A stretch of 62,817 nt of DNA, the filler included. It is 4 parts of 4 records of this genome, joined end to end, with 100 filler letters (N's around TTAATTAATTAA, not from the genome) between each part and the next. Parts side by side here need not be neighbours in the genome. Positions count along the whole stretch, not along the records: positions 16,001 to 23,555 come from SRR16203515_1234; positions 23,656 to 47,176 come from SRR16203515_1235; 2 more parts are not named here. One strand, given 5' to 3'. The notes below the pieces were generated by a model that did no database searches, was not told the origin of the DNA, and saw only the letters and a list, made by a program, of their open reading frames with translations. Every line of letters begins with the position of its first letter. The first letter of the stretch is position 1. Positions 17,013 to 26,606 of the stretch are shown piece after piece. The position numbers and the translations under genes are program-made.

Positions 17013-18866
17013 ATGGTGACTATGACTCAACATACCCACAACAGCATGATAGATACAGAGCGCATTGGGCGTTTACTTAAGTTGGAAGGTATCGACCTTT
17101 TAGAGTCGGCTGTGCTCACGTTGCACCAAACATTTGGTACTCAATACACCAGTATCATTGAGAAGAAGTATTTTCCAGACCAAACCGTCCCCTTGGTGAT
17201 TGCCCATTCCGACCATGTACTGCATGACAAAATCAACGCACGTCATGGTCACATCTACCAACAGGCAGTGAATCAACGTCACCCTGATTGTTCGTTTGCC
17301 CAATATGTTATTCAGTCACTTCCTACGTCGGCGTTTAGACAGGAAATCACGTCACAGAACTCGATCGCGATTCCTACTCGTACCCAAAGTGGTGAAGTCA
17401 TGGGAGTGCTGTTCTCAACGTTCACCTCTCCTCTAAGCCCAGACCAACAAAATGATGTGATAAAACATCATCAGCTATTTGCTGACATCATCATCCACAC
17501 GCTAAGAGAGATGTGGTTCAACGATCGCTCTGAACAACTGGTAAATCAGCTGAGTTACGAGGTATCACACGACAGCTTAACTGGTCTGTTAAACCGCAGC
17601 TGCTTATCCGATACCTTAGAATCAATCACTCAACAGAGTGTTACGCCATTTACATTGGCCTTGCTCGACATCAATAGCTTCAAAGCCATTAATGATATGT
17701 ACGGTAATTATATTGGTGACAAAGTACTGCAGTTTGTCGCAGAAACATTGCGCCGCACCTTACCTGAAAGCAACCTGACTTTTCGAACTGCAGGTAATGA
17801 GTTCGCCTTCATCACCTACCATTCCGACCCGATAGCCGTGTGCGAACAAATACTAGCCAAAATTAAGCAGGGCTACAGTAGCGTTGATATCAAGATAGAT
17901 TTCGACGTCAGCATCGGTATTGCCAGTTCTGATGGAGACAACAAAGACGTTGAGCAAATCATCTTCAACACCAGCTTGGCTCTTAAAGAGTGTAAACACA
18001 GCCAAGATACCCATATTCAATGTTATGACACCCACTTAAGAGTTCGTTACCAAAGAAAAACAGAGCTAGTCGCTGCGCTACGAAGTGAACTGGAAAACCC
18101 AATTTCACAAAGCTATGTCCCCGACAGCAATGGAATGTACGTGGTGGTACAGCCAATTGTGGGTCAAGGTGAGACGCAATGGGAATACTTCGAGGTACTG
18201 ACTCGCTGGAAAACCGCGAGACATGGTGACATCTCACCCGTAGAGTTTATTCAAGTGGCTGAAGAGTCAGGGCTGATTGTCGAATTAGGCGAACGCATTA
18301 TTGAATTGGTATGCCGCGCTAAAACCACACTAGAGCAAGGTTTGGGCTATAAGATTAAGCTTGGAATCAACTGCTCCGCGCATGAGCTTACCGATTCGAA
18401 ACGTTATATCTCCTATCTGACTCGCACCATTGAACAGCACCATTTTAAGGCTAATGAGTTTGTTATCGAGTTAACCGAAACCGTTCTGTTATCGCCGACA
18501 CAAGAGACAAAATCCGCGCTTAACTTTCTGAGAGGACAAGGCTTCACGATTGCACTCGACGACTTTGGTACAGGCTACTCCAGTTTGAACTACATCCACA
18601 GCTACCCTATCGATTGCATTAAAATTGATGCGACCTTTATTCGAGACTTGTTAACTAGTTCGACCTCAGAGAGCGTAGTGTGGCTGATTGTTCAACTGGC
18701 CCATAGACTCGATGTATCTTTGGTTGCGGAAGGTGTTGAGAAGCGTGAGCAATTAGAAAAACTGCACGCGATGGGATGTGACAAGATCCAAGGTTACCTC
18801 TACTCACCTCCAATGCGACCTGAAGCTATCGTTAGCTATGTCGCGCACTCAGAGCCTTTAGTTTAA
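17013..18866 (+). CDS. GGDEF-EAL protein with degenerate GGDEF, likely c-di-GMP phosphodiesterase
   Basis: HDSLTGLLNR and AGNEF in place of GGDEF; EVL, IELTE, DDFGTGYSSL, IKID, AEGVE and QGY motifs. Confidence 0.88.
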   Translation: MVTMTQHTHNSMIDTERIGRLLKLEGIDLLESAVLTLHQTFGTQYTSIIEKKYFPDQTVPLVIAHSDHVLHDKINARHGHIYQQAVNQRHPDCSFAQYVIQSLPTSAFRQEITSQNSIAIPTRTQSGEVMGVLFSTFTSPLSPDQQNDVIKHHQLFADIIIHTLREMWFNDRSEQLVNQLSYEVSHDSLTGLLNRSCLSDTLESITQQSVTPFTLALLDINSFKAINDMYGNYIGDKVLQFVAETLRRTLPESNLTFRTAGNEFAFITYHSDPIAVCEQILAKIKQGYSSVDIKIDFDVSIGIASSDGDNKDVEQIIFNTSLALKECKHSQDTHIQCYDTHLRVRYQRKTELVAALRSELENPISQSYVPDSNGMYVVVQPIVGQGETQWEYFEVLTRWKTARHGDISPVEFIQVAEESGLIVELGERIIELVCRAKTTLEQGLGYKIKLGINCSAHELTDSKRYISYLTRTIEQHHFKANEFVIELTETVLLSPTQETKSALNFLRGQGFTIALDDFGTGYSSLNYIHSYPIDCIKIDATFIRDLLTSSTSESVVWLIVQLAHRLDVSLVAEGVEKREQLEKLHAMGCDKIQGYLYSPPMRPEAIVSYVAHSEPLV

Positions 18867-18895
18867 ACCCTTACCGAACCTTCTATTGAGAACTA

Positions 18896-18956
18896 AAAAG
18901 CCGTAAGAGCATCACTTAACACTGACTGTGCTTTGTGATGCTCTTGCGGCTTTAAA
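18896..18956. terminator. Long bidirectional terminator hairpin
   Basis: AAAGCCGTAAGAGCATCAC...GTGATGCTCTTGCGGCTTT between convergent genes. Confidence 0.75.
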
Positions 18957-18972
18957 ACAGTTTAATGGCTAG

Positions 18973-20283
18973 CTACTTACTAGCATTATTAACCATTGCT
19001 AGATTGCGCGTTTCTAACGCTGCCTTCAATAGCTTGTCGGCTTCATCTCTCGCGGCTGTGAATGTCGCTTTTTCCTTTTTAGGCACAGAATCGGCCATTG
19101 GGATATTCGCTTTCATCGCATCAACAGGGCGACCACGTTCGATCAGTTCATAGTGCAAGTGAGCACCTGTCACTCGACCCGTTTTACCCGATAGGCCAAT
19201 ACGTTGACCACGAGATACCGTTTGTCCTTTACGAACAAGGATCTTGCTTAAGTGCAAGTAGCGCGTTTTATAAGTGCTACCGTGTTGGATCACCACATAA
19301 TTACCCGCATAAGGGTGCTTACGCGTCATGATCACTTTACCGTCACCCGTTGCTTGAACAGGCGTGCCTATTGGTGTCGCGAAATCTGTACCATTGTGCG
19401 GTGAGATTCGGCCAGTCACCGGGTGTAGACGTTTAGGGTTAAATTGAGAACTCTGACGCCAGCTGCTGCTTACAGGATAACGTTGGAAAGCACGTTGAAG
19501 GCTATCGCCGTCTGCATCGTAGTATTGACCATCGGTATGAAGATACGCAGACACTACACGGTTCTTATTAATGATCTTAATTGCTTCAATTTCGCGTTTG
19601 CCCGTAGCAACACCATCAACGAATTGCGCTTTCTGAAGCACCTCAAACTGATCGCCAGCACGTAAGTCGCGGCTGAAGTTCAGCTTGTCTTTAAGAAGAG
19701 TCACAATATGGTCAATCTCAAGGCTGTTCAGGCCAGCTTTATTCGCCGACATTGAGAAGCTGCCATGAATATCACCCACCAGAGGTCGCTGCTTCCATTC
19801 GCCAGGAATAGAGATATCTTCAAACTCGTATGTGCCATCTTCAAGCAGTCGGTAAACCACTTTATCTGCAACACTAAATTGAAGTTCCATTTTGGAAAGG
19901 TCGCCCGTCGCCTCATCACGCCAAAAACGCAATGTGTTACCTGGGCGAAGCGTGTCTAACGCAAGGAAGTTTAAATCGGTTTCCATCACGCTCATCATCG
20001 ATTTGTAAGAAAATCCAAGCTGAGTGAAAATGCTACTTAAGTTATCACCCGTTTGAATTTGGTACTCAAACGTTGGCGGCTCGATAACAGTAACAGAAGA
20101 AGGTGACAGAATAGACTCAATCATGGTTGAGTCGGGTAAATCAAGATCGATCGTTTTCGTCAGATCCGATTGTGACGATTGCAAAGCAACACCAATCGCA
20201 GCAATAAGTGGCAGTCCCAAAATAGCTACTTTTTTTACAGGTGAAAGCTCAGCAAACGGAGAGGGAAATATTTTTGAATACAC
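18973..20283 (-). CDS. M23 peptidoglycan DD-endopeptidase (MepM/Shy-like)
   Basis: N-terminal TM, LysM/OapA-like YQIQTGDNLSSIF, zinc motifs HNGTD and HLH. Confidence 0.9.
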   Translation of the reverse strand: MYSKIFPSPFAELSPVKKVAILGLPLIAAIGVALQSSQSDLTKTIDLDLPDSTMIESILSPSSVTVIEPPTFEYQIQTGDNLSSIFTQLGFSYKSMMSVMETDLNFLALDTLRPGNTLRFWRDEATGDLSKMELQFSVADKVVYRLLEDGTYEFEDISIPGEWKQRPLVGDIHGSFSMSANKAGLNSLEIDHIVTLLKDKLNFSRDLRAGDQFEVLQKAQFVDGVATGKREIEAIKIINKNRVVSAYLHTDGQYYDADGDSLQRAFQRYPVSSSWRQSSQFNPKRLHPVTGRISPHNGTDFATPIGTPVQATGDGKVIMTRKHPYAGNYVVIQHGSTYKTRYLHLSKILVRKGQTVSRGQRIGLSGKTGRVTGAHLHYELIERGRPVDAMKANIPMADSVPKKEKATFTAARDEADKLLKAALETRNLAMVNNASK

Positions 20284-20651
20284 GGTAAACAGGTCTTTCT
20301 ACGATATAAAGGCATAGGATATGCTTTTCAAACGCATAAATCATCAATGCATTGTCATAATATGACGTGAATCTGTCTACTTAGAGCTAAGTCATTGAGT
20401 TGCCGTAAGTGAACGTTCACTTCTCTCCAAATAAAATTAACCGCTAAATTTAAAAATAAAAAAGCAGAAACGGCTAGTTTCTGCCTTCTATTGATTTACG
20501 TTATTCCGTTTCGAATAATTAATAAACGAAGCGAATTAGTCGCCGTTTTTAGAAAATGAAGCGCTTAAACGACTCACTCCATTATCACGATTGAAGCAAA
20601 ACGGCTGAGTTCGAAAAACGCGACTTTTTTACCTAAAACAAACGGTCGCGA

Positions 20652-20951
20652 TTAAGCGTTAACCGTCGACACTAGGCAGTTGTCTTCGCCAAATTCATTG
20701 GGAATGTAACGGTCGGCATTCGAATCGTTTACCCATTGCTGATCATCAACTAAGTAGCGAAATTGAAACTCGCCATCTTTAGGTAAGCGAGTTTTGAATT
20801 TGTAGACTTTTCCTTTCGCCAGTTTTTTCATTGGCGTGGCTTTCCAGTCAAGGAAGTCAGCAACAATGGATACAGAGTTCGCTTCCTGAGCTTCTAGCTC
20901 GAAGGTCACTTCCACTTCATCTTTCGTCTTAAAAAAACGTTTATTAATCAT
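20652..20951 (-). CDS. Isoamylase early-set (CBM48-like) domain protein
   Basis: VTF...VSIVADFLDW...FQFRYLVDDQQWVND...NEFGEDN; ATG at 20951. Confidence 0.85.
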   Translation of the reverse strand: MINKRFFKTKDEVEVTFELEAQEANSVSIVADFLDWKATPMKKLAKGKVYKFKTRLPKDGEFQFRYLVDDQQWVNDSNADRYIPNEFGEDNCLVSTVNA

Positions 20952-21077
20952 TCGCAAGCTCCATTTGTAAAAGTAAGCAGACACAAGCACAAAAAAGTGT
21001 CTAAATTTCATTCATCTGATTAAGATAATATGTAATTTGGCTCACATAAACAACAAATCCTTGCACTAACGAAAACG

Positions 21078-21737
21078 CTATTGCTTACCAATTGATTGCG
21101 TATCAAAAGAAAAGCTCATCAACACCTTTTCAGAAGGGGGTTCTGCAAATGATTGTTCCGCAGAATGCTGAGTAAAGCCGATAAAACCTTCCCCAGTGAG
21201 TTTTTTCTGTGATTGCGAATCTGCCTGTTCGGCGACATCCAAAGTCTGAATTTGCACGCGATCGCCTAAGAAAAGCTGGTCAACTAACACCACACGGCTT
21301 CGCTGCTGATCATGTTTAAACAGACCAAGGTAATAGAATACGCCGCTGCCTTGGTTTGATATCCACATCGGCGCAACGAAAAAACTCGCGTTGCCCAGAG
21401 TTACTGCGGAAAGGCTTTTCGTATCAACAGTTACCACGCCACGCTCTACTCCAGAATCATAACGACCAAACGCGATTGCTTTTGGTGCATCGATTTCATT
21501 AATAAAGGCGTATGCGTTGGTTTCAGGTACTTTGATTGTCCATGGGTTGGTTGTCTTCAAATCAAAAACGGTTTCTACCACTGGGTCATAACTGACTTGA
21601 GAAGAAGGAAACTTAGCTAAGATTTCTTCATCACTTAAACTAAAACGATAAACACCCGCCAATATCACCACGACCAGCATGACGATTGGAATCAGTAAAA
21701 TCAGAGGTATAGGCAAGATTTTCTTTTTCATGAGCAA
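21078..21737 (-). CDS. Hypothetical membrane-anchored protein
   Basis: 219 aa with an N-terminal hydrophobic helix. Confidence 0.7.
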   Translation of the reverse strand: MLMKKKILPIPLILLIPIVMLVVVILAGVYRFSLSDEEILAKFPSSQVSYDPVVETVFDLKTTNPWTIKVPETNAYAFINEIDAPKAIAFGRYDSGVERGVVTVDTKSLSAVTLGNASFFVAPMWISNQGSGVFYYLGLFKHDQQRSRVVLVDQLFLGDRVQIQTLDVAEQADSQSQKKLTGEGFIGFTQHSAEQSFAEPPSEKVLMSFSFDTQSIGKQ

Positions 21738-21826
21738 TTATATTCTTTTGTTTTCATCCAGTTGTGCAGACCATAAAGGGCTTTAGTATAATTATCAATA
21801 CAAGGTTAACCAGAAGTGGAGCATGG

Positions 21827-22246
21827 ATGGATATCAATCATATTAAAGACAGAAATATCAGAAGTTGCGAATGTCGCTGTGGAGCCGTCAATCTCGTATG
21901 CCGCGGTGAGCCTCAACGCACCTCTGTGTGTCATTGCTATGAATGCCAAAAACGCACAGGAAGCGTGTTCGGCGTTCAAGCTCGGTTCCCAATTGAACAA
22001 GTCACACTCAGCGGAGAGGTCACCTCTTTCTCACGTATCAGCGATACAGGCAATGAAGTCACCTATCAGTTTTGTCCTCAATGTGGCACCACTATGCTTT
22101 TACAATCTGTTGCCGCTGCCGATTTTTATATCGTCCCACTCGGGCTGTTTAAAGAACAAGATTTTCCACTGCCAAGTTTTTCCGTTTATGAAGAGCGCAA
22201 ACATGGTTGGGTCAAATTTGACCATCAAATGAGCCTCTATAATTAG
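21827..22246 (+). CDS. GFA (glutathione-dependent formaldehyde-activating/CENP-V) family protein
   Basis: CECRCG, CHCYECQK and FCPQCG zinc motifs. Confidence 0.88.
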   Translation: MDINHIKDRNIRSCECRCGAVNLVCRGEPQRTSVCHCYECQKRTGSVFGVQARFPIEQVTLSGEVTSFSRISDTGNEVTYQFCPQCGTTMLLQSVAAADFYIVPLGLFKEQDFPLPSFSVYEERKHGWVKFDHQMSLYN

Positions 22247-22396
22247 TGGCTACAACCCTCTAGTATTGCGATAGCACCTGTAAAGAAACAAACTGCAATA
22301 CTGTTGCCCAAGATCAAATATGAAAGCCCCGCAACGCTAGCGTATCTTTTCGCTAGCGTTATAATCTGCTCCTCTTTTTCAACCCAAGGTGACAAC

Positions 22397-23071
22397 ATGA
22401 TTTCTAAGCTACCTCGCTGGGTTGAATACGGCGCGCTACTGCTAGCAGGCCTTGCTGGCAGCGTAAATGCTATTGGGTTACTTGGTTTCCAACATCAAGC
22501 CATCTCACACATCTCTGGCACCATGTCTTTACTCGGCAGCAGCCTACTCACTCCAACTTCGGCATCCGTACACCTTCTATTGGTGATCATGAGCTTTATG
22601 TTAGGCGCAGCCTTCAGTGGATTCTTTATTGAAAACCAAGCACTAAAGCTAGGACGCCGCTACGGTGTCGCGCTGTGTATTGAAGGTGGGTTGTTGTTCT
22701 TGGCACTTTGGGCACTATTACAAGGCTATATGTCCGGCCAATACTTCGCTTCAGCCGCATGTGGGTTGCAGAACGCGATGATCACGACTTATAGCGGTGC
22801 GATCATTCGTACCACACACATGAGCGGGATCATCACGGATCTTGGGATCATGATTGGCGCTCGCCTTAAAGGCATGCCTTTTGACCGCCGCAAAGCCAAA
22901 CTGCTGATGTTCATCGTTGTCGGTTTTCTATTTGGTGGCTTAACGGGCGCTTGCTTGTTCCAACGCTTCGAAATATTAGCTCTGGCGTTCCCTGCTTCTT
23001 TCGCCTTCATCATTGCGTTTAGCTATTGGCTATACTTGACCTATCGAACTGAAACGCCAGTAAATTTATAA
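22397..23071 (+). CDS. YoaK/DUF1275 membrane protein
   Basis: AGSVNA, SHISG, GLQNA and RTTHMSG motifs; multiple TM helices. Confidence 0.85.
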   Translation: MISKLPRWVEYGALLLAGLAGSVNAIGLLGFQHQAISHISGTMSLLGSSLLTPTSASVHLLLVIMSFMLGAAFSGFFIENQALKLGRRYGVALCIEGGLLFLALWALLQGYMSGQYFASAACGLQNAMITTYSGAIIRTTHMSGIITDLGIMIGARLKGMPFDRRKAKLLMFIVVGFLFGGLTGACLFQRFEILALAFPASFAFIIAFSYWLYLTYRTETPVNL

Positions 23072-23299
23072 ATACCTGGCAATATACCCTCAAACTACGT
23101 AACATCCGCAACACTTTATTCTAAACTCTTAAGGAGTTGCAGAATAACCAGTGTGAATACTTAGCGATATTTGATGAATAGTATTGCAAGCGATATTAAT
23201 ACTGGGTAATCTTGCACCCAATGAGAAAATACGGACGTTTAGTGAATAAAAATGCCAAGGATGTGGCTTTTTTACGTGTAGAAATTCGAGAACAATAAC

Positions 23300-23555
23300 A
23301 TGTCTAACAACACGAATACTGCTCAAACAGAGAAATCTAAAGGCAGTTTCTGGGTTTTCTTAATCCCATCATTGATTGGTTTATTCCTGTTCATGGCACC
23401 AATCAGCTACCAAGGCGATCTCACCATCCCTGTAGCGATCTTAGCCAAGTCAATTCAAGCGGTTTTCGGTGAGTACCTAGTCTCTATCATCACTGCGATC
23501 GTCGCTTTCATGTCTGTAGCTTCCGTTTTAAGCACCATTTTCAAGCCTACATTCA
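23300..23555 (+). CDS. YjiH-family membrane protein (3' truncated)
   Basis: FLIPSLIGLFLFMAPI...TIPVAILA N-terminus; cut by the linker. Confidence 0.75.
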
Positions 23556-23655
23556 NNNNNNNNNNNNNNNNNNNNNNNNNNNNNNNNNNNNNNNNNNNNT
23601 TAATTAATTAANNNNNNNNNNNNNNNNNNNNNNNNNNNNNNNNNNNNNNNNNNNN
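23556..23655. other. Artificial contig linker
   Basis: N run with TTAATTAATTAA. Confidence 0.98.
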
Positions 23656-23700
23656 TGCCTTTGCCGCAGTGGCCAGTGTGGCGCTTGTACGTGATCTGCT

Positions 23701-24087
23701 ATGACGGTCTTATTGTTATACCTCACTGCTATCGGCGGCGCGCTAAGTACCTTTTATCTCGCTCAACACCGCTACTTCAATCCGGTCCGGGCTTCGAGTT
23801 TGTTAACTATAGTGTTTTTTAGCGCCCTATATGGCATTACCCCTGATGTGGAATTATGGGCGGCTGCTTTTTTTGGGGGCAGTTTTATTGGCATGAGCGC
23901 GCCTCATCGTGTCTCAGTTATGTTGCTCACCTTAGCCATAGCGGTTTTTATGGTATTTTTTATCTGGTTATTACCGGTACTAAAAGGAGTGGGTGGGGTA
24001 CTTGGCCTCAGTGCATTTTTGTCTGTGGTGCTGGCGCGCGTCGTTGCGCTTATTATTATGAAGCTAAAACCTAAAAGCGCACCGTGA
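23701..24087 (+). CDS. Small multi-TM hypothetical protein
   Basis: Hydrophobic 128 aa with FFGGSFIGMS and GVGGVLG; ATGA overlap with a truncated upstream ORF. Confidence 0.7.
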   Translation: MTVLLLYLTAIGGALSTFYLAQHRYFNPVRASSLLTIVFFSALYGITPDVELWAAAFFGGSFIGMSAPHRVSVMLLTLAIAVFMVFFIWLLPVLKGVGGVLGLSAFLSVVLARVVALIIMKLKPKSAP

Positions 24088-24098
24088 GGTGCGCTTTT
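24073..24098. terminator. Bidirectional terminator
   Basis: AAAAGCGCACC-GTGA-GGTGCGCTTTT. Confidence 0.75.
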
Positions 24099-24133
24099 AT
24101 GAAGGGAGAGGGACATCTTGCGGTTAATAGCGA

Positions 24134-24790
24134 TTATTCATACGCTAATGGGTCGCTGGCGTTATTGTCTTTAAAGGCCTCTAACCTTTCCTCACAGGCT
24201 CCGCATTTTCCACACGCTTTCTCGCGTCCGTTATAGCAGGTCCAGGTTAAGCCATAATCTAAGCCCATACTAAGGCCATCGGTAAGTATGGCGCTTTTGC
24301 TTACCTCTAGGTAGGGGGTTACAATCTCCACGGGGGTGTAATTGGCAATACCACAGACATCATTCATTTTTTCCACAAATTCTGGGCGACAATCTGGATA
24401 AATAGCATGATCGCCGGAATGGGCACCATAGTAGACTTTTTCCGCCTCAAGACTGACGGCATAGCCCACCGCCATCGACAATAAAATCATATTGCGGTTT
24501 GGTACCACCGTTTGTTTCATGCTGGGCTCTTCATAGTGTCCTTCGGGTACCTCAATATCCGAGGTTAATGATGAACCACCGATAAGGGTGTTGATAGCGC
24601 TAATATCCACTACCTTATGTGGAATATTTAAGTCACGACACACGTTAGCCGCGTAATCCAACTCTTTCTTGTGACGCTGCCCGTAGTTAAATGACAACGC
24701 ATGTACCTGCTTGCCGTCTTTTATAGCTTTGTGTAATACGGTGAATGAATCCATTCCACCTGAGTAGATAACAACAACGTTTTCAGACAT
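24134..24790 (-). CDS. queC: 7-cyano-7-deazaguanine synthase
   Basis: [24 protein letters not shown] and CGKCGAC motifs. Confidence 0.95.
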   Translation of the reverse strand: MSENVVVIYSGGMDSFTVLHKAIKDGKQVHALSFNYGQRHKKELDYAANVCRDLNIPHKVVDISAINTLIGGSSLTSDIEVPEGHYEEPSMKQTVVPNRNMILLSMAVGYAVSLEAEKVYYGAHSGDHAIYPDCRPEFVEKMNDVCGIANYTPVEIVTPYLEVSKSAILTDGLSMGLDYGLTWTCYNGREKACGKCGACEERLEAFKDNNASDPLAYE

Positions 24791-24856
24791 AGTTTTAAAG
24801 AATTAAGAAATTATCCCCGAATTTTATGTGATCCTTGGTAAAATCCCAATACACAA

Positions 24857-25558
24857 TTGCGAAAGGGTTATATTTTGTCTGCATCTAGCATACTAAACAT
24901 CAATGAAATGTTTGAAACCATTCAAGGCGAGGGGGCGTACACCGGGATCCCGTCGGTATTTGTGCGCCTGCAAGGGTGTCCAGTAGGCTGTCCGTGGTGT
25001 GACACCAAACATACCTGGACACTAGACGATGCACTGGTGACAACCGCACAAACGGTGATTGACAAGTCGCAAGAGGATGAGCACTTCTTTAGTGCTGATG
25101 AAGCTCAGCTCATGGCCTTATTTGCGCAACAGGGCTATGTGGCTAAACATGTGGTGATCACAGGCGGCGAGCCCTGTATGTATGATTTAGGACCATTGAC
25201 TACTCACTTGCACGACAATGGCTATACAACACAGATTGAAACCAGTGGTACCTATGAAGTTTTGTGTGATCCCCGTACCTATGTCACAGTATCGCCAAAA
25301 ATTAATATGAAAGGCGGAATGGACGTCCTTAAGAGCGCATTAGAGCGAGCTAACGAAATTAAGCACCCAATTGCTATGCAAAAACACATTGATGAACTTG
25401 ATAGCTTATTAGCACAGGTATCTAGTCTAGAGGGTAAACAAGTTTGTTTACAACCTATTAGCCAGCAAAAGCGTGCCACAGAGTTAGCAGTAAAAACGTG
25501 TATTGCGCGCAATTGGCGGCTATCCTTACAAACGCATAAATATATTGGTATCGAGTAA
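24857..25558 (+). CDS. queE: 7-carboxy-7-deazaguanine synthase (radical SAM); exact start uncertain
   Basis: INEMFETIQGEG, CPVGCPWCDT, TGGEP and LSLQTHKY motifs. Confidence 0.93.
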   Translation: MRKGYILSASSILNINEMFETIQGEGAYTGIPSVFVRLQGCPVGCPWCDTKHTWTLDDALVTTAQTVIDKSQEDEHFFSADEAQLMALFAQQGYVAKHVVITGGEPCMYDLGPLTTHLHDNGYTTQIETSGTYEVLCDPRTYVTVSPKINMKGGMDVLKSALERANEIKHPIAMQKHIDELDSLLAQVSSLEGKQVCLQPISQQKRATELAVKTCIARNWRLSLQTHKYIGIE

Positions 25559-25580
25559 TAAGACAAATTAGGAGTGGGTC

Positions 25581-26462
25581 ATGGGTTTTCGCTTTGTTAG
25601 CGCAATAGTTGCTGTGGTAGGGATAGTACTTGCGACTCCTAGCGCGGCCGCGCTGTGGACTATTACCTACCCAAGGCCAATAGATGACGGTGATGCGCGG
25701 GCGGAATATCCTATCGCGTTACTCAAGCTGGCGTTAGAAAAGACCGGGGTCAATTACGAGCTTCGACCTTCCGATCGTATATTGCTAACCGGTAAGGCCA
25801 TGCGCCAATTAAAAGAAAATCGTGAGGTGAATGTTGTATGGAGTATGACAGATAGCCAACGAGAAAAAGACCTATTGCCCATCCGCGTACCTATCGCTAA
25901 GGGGCTTATTGGGCTACGACTGTTTGTTATTAATGAAGAGAAAGCAGCCAAATTTAGTCAGGTGGGGAGCATTAATGACTTGCTTAAGTTAACTCCACTA
26001 CAGGGCGAAGAATGGCCCGATACTAAAATTTTGCAGGCCAATGGCTTTAATGTGTTCACCGTTCCTTCGTATACCGAAGCCTATGCCTTATTACTGCAAG
26101 GAAAGGGCGACTTTTTCCCGCGCTCTTTAATAGAAATCATGCCGGAGATGGAAAACGAAGGACGGGCATCAATACTGCGTATTGAGCCAACTATGGCCTT
26201 GTATTATCCCACTGCCATGTACTACTTTGTCAGTACCAGCAACTCCACATTAGCTAATTTAATTGAAACAGGGTTGTCGCGGGCCATTGACGACGGTTCT
26301 TTCGATGCCTTATTTACGGCAACGTTTAAACCGGTACTTGATGCCTTGAAGATAGAGGAAAGGGCGGTGTACTCGTTAGAGAACCCTTTGTTGCCCGCCA
26401 ACACGCCGTTGAATGATGAGCGTCTATGGTATCGTGCAGGTCAGACAATCACCGCTCACTAG
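25581..26462 (+). CDS. Exported substrate-binding (type 2 periplasmic fold) protein
   Basis: Signal peptide; PIAKGLIGLR, WPDTKIL and FFPRS motifs. Confidence 0.75.
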   Translation: MGFRFVSAIVAVVGIVLATPSAAALWTITYPRPIDDGDARAEYPIALLKLALEKTGVNYELRPSDRILLTGKAMRQLKENREVNVVWSMTDSQREKDLLPIRVPIAKGLIGLRLFVINEEKAAKFSQVGSINDLLKLTPLQGEEWPDTKILQANGFNVFTVPSYTEAYALLLQGKGDFFPRSLIEIMPEMENEGRASILRIEPTMALYYPTAMYYFVSTSNSTLANLIETGLSRAIDDGSFDALFTATFKPVLDALKIEERAVYSLENPLLPANTPLNDERLWYRAGQTITAH

Positions 26463-26548
26463 TTAGGTCACTACCGGTGTAAGCCAGCGCTGATACGCAA
26501 GCCATAGGGGCGAGTCCTCGACAGGCGCATCTGCTTAGCTATAGGTCT

Positions 26549-26586
26549 AAAAAAAGCACGCATCACCGAAGTGATGCGTGCTTTTT
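26549..26586. terminator. Bidirectional terminator
   Basis: AAAAAGCACGCATCAC-CGAA-GTGATGCGTGCTTTTT. Confidence 0.8.
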
Positions 26587-26606
26587 ATGAAACACAGTCT
26601 TTGTGA

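Noticed and set aside
20284-20651. Possible sRNA or riboswitch upstream of the M23 peptidase
   Set aside because: Only short terminator-like hairpins (for example GCAGAAAC/GTTTCTGC) were seen, with no recognisable RNA family motif.
24134-25558. queC/queE as a 7-deazaguanine DNA modification (dpd) defence island
   Set aside because: No dpdA/tgt-like, folE, queD or helicase genes nearby; the housekeeping context fits tRNA queuosine synthesis.
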